Of a stretch of DNA of 64,000 nt, positions 56,260-64,000 are shown piece by piece; the stretch's first letter is position 1, and each line of letters begins with the position of its first letter. This stretch comes from an uncultured delta proteobacterium. Lineage in GTDB: Bacteria > Myxococcota_A > UBA9160 > UBA4427. A program made the position numbers and the translations under genes. The notes under the pieces were generated by a model. That model was not told where the DNA came from, did not search any database, and worked only from the letters and a program-made list of their open reading frames with translations. Where the stretch lies: the NCBI GenBank assembly GCA_963822965.1, contig CAWGJT010000005.1:1216001-1280000 (forward strand), given 5' to 3'.

Positions 56260-58281
56260 ATGTCCGCACAAGCGCGCCGGTTGGCGGCGATCCTATCCGC
56301 GGACATCGCGGGCTACTCCCGGCTGATGGCCGACGACGAGGATGCGACCATCGCGATGGTCACGTCCCGTCGCCAGCAGGTCGGGCTGCTTCTGGAGCAG
56401 CATCGCGGGCGCCTCGTCGACTTCACCGGCGACAACTTCCTGGCGGAGTTCGCGAGTGCCGTCGACGCCGTCGAGTGTGCGATGGCGATCCAGCAGGTCG
56501 GTGTCGCGCTGAACGCGTCGCTGTCTGCGAGCCGCAAGATGGAGTTCCGCATCGGGATCCATGTGGGCGAGGTCCAGGTCCAGGAAGAGCGTCTCTTCGG
56601 GACGGGCGTGAACATCGCTGCGCGCCTCGAAGCGCTCGCAAAGCCGGGTGGCGTCTGCATCTCGGCGAAGGTCTACGAAGAGGTTGCCAGCCGGACGGCG
56701 TTCTCGTTCGGCGATCTCGGCGAGCAGTCGGTCAAGAACATCCCCGACCCGGTGCGAGCGTACGCGGTGGGGGCGCCGGGTACCGCCGTGGCCGTGCCGC
56801 GTCGTCGCCGGTCCGCGCCGCTTGTCCTCGGCGCGCTGCTGGTCGCGGCCGCAGTCCTGGGCGCGACGTTCTGGTGGGTTCGTGGGGGATCGCGTCTGCG
56901 CTTCGCCGGACGTCCGCCGCCGACCTCGGTGGTGGTGCTTCCTTTCGACGACATGAGCGCCGACCGGAGCTACGCGTACTTCGGCGAGGGGATGAGCGAA
57001 GAGCTCACCAACGTGCTCGCCCAGCTGCCGGACCTGAAGGTGATCGGCCGAACCTCCGCGAAGGCCGTACACGGCGAGGGGCTCGCCGTGGAGGAGATCG
57101 GGGAGCGTCTGGACGTCGGCGCGGTCGTCGAAGGCAGCGTGCGGCGGGAAGGCGAGAAGCTCCGGATCACCGTGCAGGTGATCGAGACCGGCGACGGATT
57201 CCATCTCTGGTCGCGAAACTTCGACCGGCGCGTGGAGGACGTCTTCGCCGTGCAATCGGAGATTGCGGCCGACGTGGCCGCCGTGCTCGACCTCCGTCTC
57301 AAGGCCGCGAACGCACCGCCGCCGACCTCCGACTTGAAGGCCTACGACGCCTACCTCACCGGGCGCAGCGCCCAGAGCCGCCAGACACCGGAGGACATGC
57401 GCGTCGCCATCCAGCGCTTCGAGGAGGCGACCCGGGCGGACCCGGAATTCGGGTTGGCCTACTCCGGTCTGGCCGATGCCCTGACCCTCTCGTGGGCGTT
57501 GGCGCTGGACACGAGCGAGTCGATCGTGCCGCGTGCCCGGCGCGCGGCGGAGCTCGCCGTAGAGCACGCACCCGACTCGGCGGAAGCCCACACCTCCATG
57601 GGTCGGATCCACTGGTTCGACCGGAAATGGTCGGAGTCGGAGGCCTCGTTGCGGCACGCGATCGAGCTGAACCCGGGGTACGCGTTCGCCCACCAGAACC
57701 TGGCCCTGGTGCTCGTGAACCAGGGCATCGTCGAGGAACGTGTGGCCGCCATCAACCGCGCGGTAGATCTCGAGCCGCTGTCGCCGTTCATGGCAGTCAA
57801 CCTGTCCACGATCCTGGGCGCCGTCGGCGAGCAGGAGGGCTCCGCCCAGGCGGCGCGGCGGGCGATTGCACTCGAGCCCGACAACCCGTTCGGGCACTTC
57901 CTCCTCGCCGGTGTGCTGTGGAACAGCGGCGACAGTGACGGGTCGTTCCAGGCGCTGGAGGGCGCGCCCTTCCCGGAGCCCGCCAAGCGAGCGGTGCGCG
58001 AGGCCTACGCGTCAGGGGGGATCGACGCCGCCTGGGCTCGCCTTCTCGAAGCCGTGATCGCGGTCACGGGTGACCCCTGCGGAGGCGTGAACGGTCCCGG
58101 TCTCCATACGATGGCCGGCAACCGGGAGATGGCGCTGTCGTGTCTCGAGCGCGCGGTCGACGTGCCCGGGCTCTACATGAACCTCTACCCAAAGCTACAC
58201 CCGCTCTTCGACCCGCTCCGCTCCAATCCCCGCTTCGACGCCGTGCTCGCAGGCATGAACCTGGCGGACTCCACGAATTAG
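56260..58281 (+). CDS. Class III adenylate/guanylate cyclase-TM-TolB-like-TPR protein
   Basis: RRLAAILSADIAGYSRLM, FRIGIHVG, VNIAARLE, one TM helix, SVVVLPF...EGSVR and TPR repeats. Confidence 0.92.
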   Translation: MSAQARRLAAILSADIAGYSRLMADDEDATIAMVTSRRQQVGLLLEQHRGRLVDFTGDNFLAEFASAVDAVECAMAIQQVGVALNASLSASRKMEFRIGIHVGEVQVQEERLFGTGVNIAARLEALAKPGGVCISAKVYEEVASRTAFSFGDLGEQSVKNIPDPVRAYAVGAPGTAVAVPRRRRSAPLVLGALLVAAAVLGATFWWVRGGSRLRFAGRPPPTSVVVLPFDDMSADRSYAYFGEGMSEELTNVLAQLPDLKVIGRTSAKAVHGEGLAVEEIGERLDVGAVVEGSVRREGEKLRITVQVIETGDGFHLWSRNFDRRVEDVFAVQSEIAADVAAVLDLRLKAANAPPPTSDLKAYDAYLTGRSAQSRQTPEDMRVAIQRFEEATRADPEFGLAYSGLADALTLSWALALDTSESIVPRARRAAELAVEHAPDSAEAHTSMGRIHWFDRKWSESEASLRHAIELNPGYAFAHQNLALVLVNQGIVEERVAAINRAVDLEPLSPFMAVNLSTILGAVGEQEGSAQAARRAIALEPDNPFGHFLLAGVLWNSGDSDGSFQALEGAPFPEPAKRAVREAYASGGIDAAWARLLEAVIAVTGDPCGGVNGPGLHTMAGNREMALSCLERAVDVPGLYMNLYPKLHPLFDPLRSNPRFDAVLAGMNLADSTN

Positions 58282-58404
58282 CAAGAAGCAGGCCAGGCTC
58301 GAGGCAGAGCGCGCGCGATCACCCGCGAAACATGTGGCACATTCGGGACTGCTCGTTCGGGCCAGTGGCAGAAAACCGCGGGCGCCGGCGACGAAGGTGG
58401 ATCG

Positions 58405-59400
58405 ATGAGCGCGGCATTTCCGACGTTTCGGCCAAGGGCACCGTGGTTCGGTGCCGACCTCCAGACGCTCCGCAACGTGTTGCGCGGACCCGTGATCAAC
58501 CCCTCCGGCCGAAACGCGACGGAGATCGTACTGCCGCTCGACGACGGGACCGGAGATGCCCTCGTGGGCGCATTGGATCAACCGTCGTCGGCACTGGGCG
58601 GGAAGGAACTCGTCGTGCTGATCCACGGCCTCTCCGGCTCGGCCGACAGCGCATACATCCTGGCGAGCGCGAGCGCATGGCTCGAACGCGGGCATCCCGT
58701 CCTGCGCTTGAACCTGCGCGGCGCCGGTGCGTCGCGCCAGTACTGCCGGCTGCAGTACCACGCAGGGAGGACGGACGACCTCCGCAACGCACTGCGCGCA
58801 GTCGGCCCGGATGCCCTGCGGAACGGGCTCATCCTGGTCGGCTACTCGCTCGGTGGGAACATGCTTCTGAAGTTCCTCGCCGAGTACGGCCGCGATCTAC
58901 CGATCCTCGCCGCGGCTTCCGTCTCGGCGCCGATCGACCTCTCCGCCGCGTCCCAGCGCTTTCTCGCGCTCCGCAACCGCCCCTATCACCGGCACCTGCT
59001 AGCGACGATGAAGCTCGAGTGCTTTGGCGGAAGATCCGAGATCTCGGAGCCGGAGCGGAGCGCCGTCGAGGCAGCGCAGACCATCTACGACTTCGACGAG
59101 AACTTCGTCGCTCCGCGGAACGGCTACCGCGACGCAGAGCACTACTACGCCGAGAACCACGCCCGGCAGTTCCTCGACGAGATCCGCGTGCCCACTCTCG
59201 TCATCCACGCACTCGACGACCCCTGGATCCCGGCTACGAGCTACACCTCACACGAGTGGCACGCGAACCCACGAGTCCATCCACTGCTAGCGCCGGGCGG
59301 CGGTCACGTGGGGTTCCATGGGCAGGGTGCGCGACTACCGTGGCACGACCGCTGCATCGGAATCTTCGTGGACCACGTCAAGTCAGGAGGCGATCCTTGA
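58405..59400 (+). CDS. YheT-like alpha/beta hydrolase
   Basis: IHGLSGS, NLRG, GYSLGG, DDPWI and GGHVGF motifs. Confidence 0.92.
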   Translation: MSAAFPTFRPRAPWFGADLQTLRNVLRGPVINPSGRNATEIVLPLDDGTGDALVGALDQPSSALGGKELVVLIHGLSGSADSAYILASASAWLERGHPVLRLNLRGAGASRQYCRLQYHAGRTDDLRNALRAVGPDALRNGLILVGYSLGGNMLLKFLAEYGRDLPILAAASVSAPIDLSAASQRFLALRNRPYHRHLLATMKLECFGGRSEISEPERSAVEAAQTIYDFDENFVAPRNGYRDAEHYYAENHARQFLDEIRVPTLVIHALDDPWIPATSYTSHEWHANPRVHPLLAPGGGHVGFHGQGARLPWHDRCIGIFVDHVKSGGDP

Positions 59401-60224
59401 GCTCGAGCAGGACCCATCTCGTCGTCGGAGGATTCCCGCCTGGAGCGTCGGCCGCCCACGACATGGACTACGCGAGGCTGCGTCTGCTGCGCCTGCTCGA
59501 TGAGACGTGCGTCGTGCAGGTCACCGTATCGAGCGACTTCGCCGACCTCGAGCGGTGGCTTCCCGACTGCGATCTCCTGGTGAGCTACGTCGCCGGCCCG
59601 CACCTGGATGGGAAGCAGAACGAGCTCGTCCAGGACTGGCTCGCGCAAGGGGGCCGCTGGCTCGCACTCCACGGCACGAGTGGTGGGCGCGCCGGGCGCG
59701 TCGAGGGGAAGCCCCATGCGCGCCGCATGCTGAAGCTGCCCCACCACGAGTCGCTGGGGTGCTTCTTCCTGAATCACCCTCCTATCCGCCGCTTCCGGGT
59801 GGACGTGGCGAGCTCCAGTCACCCGCTGGTACAGGGCCTGCCCGCGTCGTTCGAGGTTCAGGACGAGCTCTACTTCATCGAGCTGCTCGATCCCGACCAC
59901 AGCGAGGTGCTGCTCACCACCGAGCTGCCGCACGACCCGGACCCCGCCTTCGGCTTCACGGTCGACGCAGACACCTCTCTGCTCCCGGACCAGAAGACCC
60001 GGGCGCTCGCCTACGTTCGAGACGTGGGGAGCGGAGGCGTGGCCTACGTTGCCCTCGGGCACTGCCACTCGCCGGCGACGAACGGCCAGCCCTACGTGGA
60101 TACGAGCGTCGACCCCGACGGCAAGACCCCGCTGCTCTTCCGCGGTGCGTGGGAGAACGAGGCGTTCAACCGTCTGCTGAGCAACGCCCTGCTGTGGGGA
60201 ACCGCGCGCGACCGCCTTCAGTAG
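59397..60224 (+). CDS. ThuA-like (GATase1-fold) domain protein
   Basis: AGGAGG precedes TTG59397. HDMDYAR, GGRWLALHGT, FEVQDELY and YVALGH motifs. Confidence 0.85.
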   Translation: MSSSRTHLVVGGFPPGASAAHDMDYARLRLLRLLDETCVVQVTVSSDFADLERWLPDCDLLVSYVAGPHLDGKQNELVQDWLAQGGRWLALHGTSGGRAGRVEGKPHARRMLKLPHHESLGCFFLNHPPIRRFRVDVASSSHPLVQGLPASFEVQDELYFIELLDPDHSEVLLTTELPHDPDPAFGFTVDADTSLLPDQKTRALAYVRDVGSGGVAYVALGHCHSPATNGQPYVDTSVDPDGKTPLLFRGAWENEAFNRLLSNALLWGTARDRLQ

Positions 60225-60496
60225 GCACGGCGGGAGCGCGGGATCGACACCGCACCGCTTCGGCCTCGAGGCCCCCGGTCCCAAGGGACGCAGTGGCCGG
60301 CCCGTGCGCCGAGGAGTGGCTCAACAACGACGACGGTCAGGCGCGCGCCGCTCGACGAGATCCTAGACTGCTATCTTCGACCCAACGCCAAGGGATATCG
60401 CTCGCTTCTGGAGGTTCGGGTGTCGTCTCGCCACAAGTTCTCCATGTCGTGTGGATCGAATCCGCAATTCAGTGCCTCGGTGGTGGAGCGGGTGAC

Positions 60497-60586
60497 TTCC
60501 AACCCTCCGGTCAACGCGGACGCGCGCGACCTGCCGGCGCCTGCTAGCGACCGCGCTGCGCGCGCCGGTTACCGGGCACGCTCGGC
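60497..60586 (+). other. Degenerate integron attC-like recombination site
   Basis: R'' TTCCAAC, 5 nt, L'' GGTCAACG, GCGCGCG/CGCGCGC stem, L' GGTTACC, 6 nt, R' GCTCGGC (GTT changed to GCT). Total length 90 bp. Confidence 0.6.
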
Positions 60587-60622
60587 TGTGGATGACATGC
60601 GAGTGAATGAGGTGCCATCCTC

Positions 60623-61984
60623 GTGAGAGGGCAGCTCTTCAAGTTGTGGGATCGCGTTCATTCCGGTTTCTGGTTCATTCCGGCGGTCATGGCCGGCGTG
60701 GCCGTGGCGTTGGCCTTCCTGAGCGTCACCGTGGACGAGCCGGTGACGAAGTGGTTGGCGCTCAAATTGGGCTGGACGTTCACCGGTGGAGCGGAAGGTG
60801 CGAGCGCCGTGCTGGGGATCGTTGCCGGATCGATGATCACCATCGCCGGCGTGGTCTTCTCGATGACGTTGGTCGCCCTTTCGCTAGCCTCTTCGCAGCT
60901 GGGACCCCGTCTGCTGCGCAGTTTCATGCGCGATTCCACCACACAGGTGGTCCTCGGCACGTTCATTGCCACCTTCCTGTACTGCCTGATCGTCCTCCGC
61001 ACGATCCGCCGCGCGAACGAGGTCACTTTCGTCCCGCACCTGTCGGTCACCCTCGGCGTTCTCCTCGCGGTGGCGAGCGTGGGGGTGTTCATCTACTTCA
61101 TCCATCACGTGTCTGTATCCATCCAGGCCAATGAGATTGCCGCGCGGATCGGCAAGGAATTGATCGAGAGAATCGATCTTCTTTTCCCGGAACAGATCGG
61201 GCGGGGAGCGCCACAGGTCCCGACGGAGCCACCCGACGCAGGCTTCTTCGAGGCGTTCGATCAAGAGGCTCGGCCGATCGGTGCGCACGGTGACGGCTAC
61301 GTCCAGTTCATCGACATGGAGGCCTTGCTTGCGCTGGCGTCGGAGGAGGACCTGATCGTTCGACTGGAGCGGGGGCCTGGAAGCTACGTCGTCGCCAGTT
61401 GTCCGCTTGTGCTGATCTGGCCGGGAAGCCGAGTGACCGACGGGCTCACGGACCAGGTCAATGCCCTCTTCGTCCTGGGCCACCAGCGGACTTCCGGCCA
61501 GGACATCGAGTTCGAGGTGAACCAGTTGGTGGAGATTGCGGTCCGGGCCCTCTCCCCTGGGATGAACGACCCGTTCACGGCGATCACGTGTGTGGACCAC
61601 TTGGGGTCCGCATTGTGTCGTTTGGCTTCACGAGACAGGCCGTCGCCTTATCGCCATGACCGCCAGAATCAGCTTCGGGTGATTGCGCCTGCCGATGCGT
61701 TCCCGGAGATCATGGACGCGGCGTTCAACCAGATCCGGCAATATGGCCGCTCCAGCGTCGCGGTAACCATCCGCCTGCTGGAAACGATCGCCGTGGTCGC
61801 GGGATTCGCGCATCGGCCGGAGGACCGCGCCACGCTCTTGCGACACGCTGAAATGATCGCCCGAGGAGCTGGTGAGGGGCTGCCCGAAGACCAGGACCGC
61901 CGGGCGGTGGATGAGCGCTGCCAAGCGGTAAGGAAGTTGTGCAGCGAACCGGCTCAGTCTCGCCGCAAGAACAGTGATGGATGA
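60623..61984 (+). CDS. DUF2254-family membrane protein
   Basis: FWFIP, SMTLVALSLASSQLGPRLL, FIYFIHH and EIAVRALSPGMNDPFTA motifs. Confidence 0.92.
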   Translation: MRGQLFKLWDRVHSGFWFIPAVMAGVAVALAFLSVTVDEPVTKWLALKLGWTFTGGAEGASAVLGIVAGSMITIAGVVFSMTLVALSLASSQLGPRLLRSFMRDSTTQVVLGTFIATFLYCLIVLRTIRRANEVTFVPHLSVTLGVLLAVASVGVFIYFIHHVSVSIQANEIAARIGKELIERIDLLFPEQIGRGAPQVPTEPPDAGFFEAFDQEARPIGAHGDGYVQFIDMEALLALASEEDLIVRLERGPGSYVVASCPLVLIWPGSRVTDGLTDQVNALFVLGHQRTSGQDIEFEVNQLVEIAVRALSPGMNDPFTAITCVDHLGSALCRLASRDRPSPYRHDRQNQLRVIAPADAFPEIMDAAFNQIRQYGRSSVAVTIRLLETIAVVAGFAHRPEDRATLLRHAEMIARGAGEGLPEDQDRRAVDERCQAVRKLCSEPAQSRRKNSDG

Positions 61985-62380
61985 GGCCAGGCTGTGGCTC
62001 CGGGGTTGAGACCGCGCGATCGAAGGCTTCGAGGGCGGGCTGCTGTCGCGTATGACTTGCGGTGGCGTAGCCCACGACCTTGCGGGAGAAGAGGTCGAGC
62101 AGCACGGCCAGATAGAGCCAGCCTTTGCGCCCTCGGATGCGCGTGATCTCTGCGACCCAGACGCGATCCGGTGCCCCGCTGTGGAAGTGACCGTCAAGGC
62201 GCGGCGCACCGTAGGTCTCGCGGCTGGCCTCCTGCACCTCGCGGATGCGCTCGGCCAGCGCCTGGTCGTCTCGCTCGCGCCAGCTGGGCTGACGCTGGCA
62301 CCAGGCGTAGGAGCCACTGCGGGAGACCTTCCGCACTCGGCACATCATGCCTACTCGGAAGGTCTCCCGATGTGGACGAA
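61975..62380 (-). mobile_element. Decayed IS3-family transposase (OrfB) remnant
   Basis: MCRVRKVSRSGSYAW...IREV...SRETYGAPRL is joined directly to PDRVWVAEITRI...GWLYLAVLLDLFSRKVVG...PGLIHH. There is an internal deletion, the first catalytic D appears as E, and it is truncated before the HSD-Q-G motif. Confidence 0.85.
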
Positions 62381-62428
62381 CCGGAACTTCACTGAGCATG
62401 GGACGAACACCGCTACCTGGGGAATCCG

Positions 62429-63076
62429 CTAGTCGGCAATTCCCGATCGGCGCCATCGCGGGAGTCTGCTCGCGGCGAAGAGCGCGAACGAGCCTGCGAG
62501 GACGCCGAGCCTCACACCGGGCTCCGGTACCTGCACGATCGTGGTCGGTGCGGGCTCTGGCACTGTCTGGAGCTGTGTCGTGACCGTCTCGCCAAAGGTG
62601 AGATCCAGCGTCGCGCCCGGAGTCGGCGCGTCGATCACCAGGTCGCCGATCTTGGTAGGCCCGAGGTCGCCGAACTCGTACTCGCCTCCGATGAAGTCGA
62701 GCTGGTTGCCGACGAGGTTGTATTGCACGCTCGCCGGTACCGGCGTGAAGGACTGCACGGTGACGCCCGTGCCGAGGAGCCGCATGCGGTAGCCGCAGGT
62801 CTCGTCGCCGTCACCCTGCCAGCAAGGATCGACGGTCGATGCGACACCGCCCGCGTCCAGGTAGAGATGAAGCGTGACGGGCCCTCCGGACGGCACCGTC
62901 GCCGGAACGCCGCCGCTCACGCCGTCGTCTCCCGGGCTGTGATAGAGGATCTGGGCGTCCGCTGGCTGGGAGGCCGGGAGCGAGAGCATGGCGCTCAGTG
63001 CGGCGATCCAGGTTGCGGCCCGGAAGGACCGTCTGGCGGGCATCTCGAGCGCGCGCGTGTCGATCGGGCCGTGCAT
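62429..63076 (-). CDS. PEP-CTERM sorting-domain exported protein
   Basis: Signal RRSFRAATWIAALSAMLSLPASQPADA. C-terminal VPEPGVRLGVLAGSFALFAASRLPRWRR. Confidence 0.85.
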   Translation of the reverse strand: MHGPIDTRALEMPARRSFRAATWIAALSAMLSLPASQPADAQILYHSPGDDGVSGGVPATVPSGGPVTLHLYLDAGGVASTVDPCWQGDGDETCGYRMRLLGTGVTVQSFTPVPASVQYNLVGNQLDFIGGEYEFGDLGPTKIGDLVIDAPTPGATLDLTFGETVTTQLQTVPEPAPTTIVQVPEPGVRLGVLAGSFALFAASRLPRWRRSGIAD

Positions 63077-63191
63077 CCGCAGGTCCCCTGTCGAGCTCCC
63101 ACTCATCATAACCCCGTACGATGGGTGCTTTACAGTCGAAACTGTCGGCGCGTATGATAGGCGGGCAGAGGGAGACCAAGGAGGCACCGGC

Positions 63192-64000
63192 ATGCCCATG
63201 GTCGATCGTGGTCGTTCTCACGGCGCCCGATTCGTCGCCGCACTGGGCCTGATCCTGGGCGTCGCGCTCGTGGCCGCGCCGGTCGCGGGCGACTTCGTCC
63301 CTGGCGACGTCAACGACGACGGCAGCTTCGATACCGCCGATGCCGTCGTGCTCGAGCGCGACCTGATCGGCCTGGGCCCGGGCGTCAGCCAGACCTGCCC
63401 GTTCCAGCCGAACGCCACCGGCCAGATCACGTGCTGGAATTCGAGTGGAAGCGTCATCCCGTGCACGGCGACGGGCCACGACGGCGACATCCGAGCCGGA
63501 GAGCCGGCAGCCTACCAGGACAACGGCGACGGCACGGTCACCGATCTCCGTACCAGCCTGATGTGGGAGAAACTCTCGGACGACGGCAGCGTGCACGACG
63601 TGGATGACAGCCACAGCTGGGACGGCGCCTTCGCTGCAAAGGTGGCCCTGCTGAACGCCACTTCCTTCGCGGGATACGACGATTGGCGCGTGCCGAACGT
63701 GAAGGAGCTGTTCGGCATCCTCGATCTCCAGACCTTCGACCCGGCGGTCGCTCCGTCCTTCGATACCGCCTGCGTGCCCAGCTGCGGCGTCACGGCTTGC
63801 AGCTGCACCGCCTTCACCGGGGGCTCGGAGTACTGGTCGTCGACCTCCGACGCCAGCGCACCCGCCAACGCCTGGGTGGTCGAATTCGCGCGGGGCGACG
63901 TGGCCTCGATTCTGAAGACCGGGAACGCGAAGGTGCGAGCGGTGCGTGGACCGGGCGACGGGCTCAGCTGCACGAACGGCAACATGCGTCTTTGCGGCGT
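63192..64000 (+). CDS. Secreted DUF1566 (Lcl C-terminal domain) protein with an N-terminal dockerin/EF-hand-like loop; partial
   Basis: Manual translation (not in the ORF track because it has no stop): AAGGAGG RBS, signal peptide, GDVNDDGSFDTADAVVL, TGQITCW, DNGDGTVTDLRTSLMWEK, GYDDWRVPNVKEL, YWSST, AWVVEF and VRAVRG. Confidence 0.9.
   Translation, partial: MPMVDRGRSHGARFVAALGLILGVALVAAPVAGDFVPGDVNDDGSFDTADAVVLERDLIGLGPGVSQTCPFQPNATGQITCWNSSGSVIPCTATGHDGDIRAGEPAAYQDNGDGTVTDLRTSLMWEKLSDDGSVHDVDDSHSWDGAFAAKVALLNATSFAGYDDWRVPNVKELFGILDLQTFDPAVAPSFDTACVPSCGVTACSCTAFTGGSEYWSSTSDASAPANAWVVEFARGDVASILKTGNAKVRAVRGPGDGLSCTNGNMRLCG

Noticed and set aside
1..64000. rRNA, tRNA, riboswitches, phage or defence genes
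   Set aside because: None recognisable by eye. A covariance-model search would be needed to exclude small RNAs.

Overview
High-GC bacterial window, probably from a Gram-negative organism (three PEP-CTERM and one IPTL-CTERM-like sorting signals; a Myxococcota/delta-proteobacterial affinity is only my inference). Clustered single-base frameshifts suggest long-read or MAG consensus errors. The core (about 14.6-55.3 kb) is a roughly 40-gene, actinobacterial-style catabolic island for steroid-, terpenoid- or lipid-like substrates. It holds 2 P450s, 2 Rieske oxygenases each with a small partner gene, 3 acyl-CoA dehydrogenase pairs, a FadD3-like and other CoA ligases, a KshB/PaaE-like reductase, an F420-type LLM enzyme, a beta-diketone-hydrolase-like crotonase, a DUF35 + thiolase-fold pair, SDRs and 2 TetRs. 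The most striking element is a translationally coupled 8-gene operon (36.8-44.0 kb): AveC-like membrane protein, NorQ/CbbQ AAA+ ATPase, NorD/CbbO VWA protein, extended SDR, two paralogous unknown membrane proteins, and CoxIII/NorE-like and CoxIV-like subunits. No heme-copper oxidase/NorB or RuBisCO target is present, so this is a candidate uncharacterised membrane enzyme and its maturation system. A shared motif, GAGAAT-N3-RWTYYC, occurs at five intergenic sites, and four of them extend upstream to T(T/G)GCAA-N4-RYTCTC-N7. The flanks hold secreted or surface proteins, a GT4/sulfotransferase islet, tauD-like and hemN genes, several gene remnants, a decayed IS3 and a solitary degenerate attC-like site.
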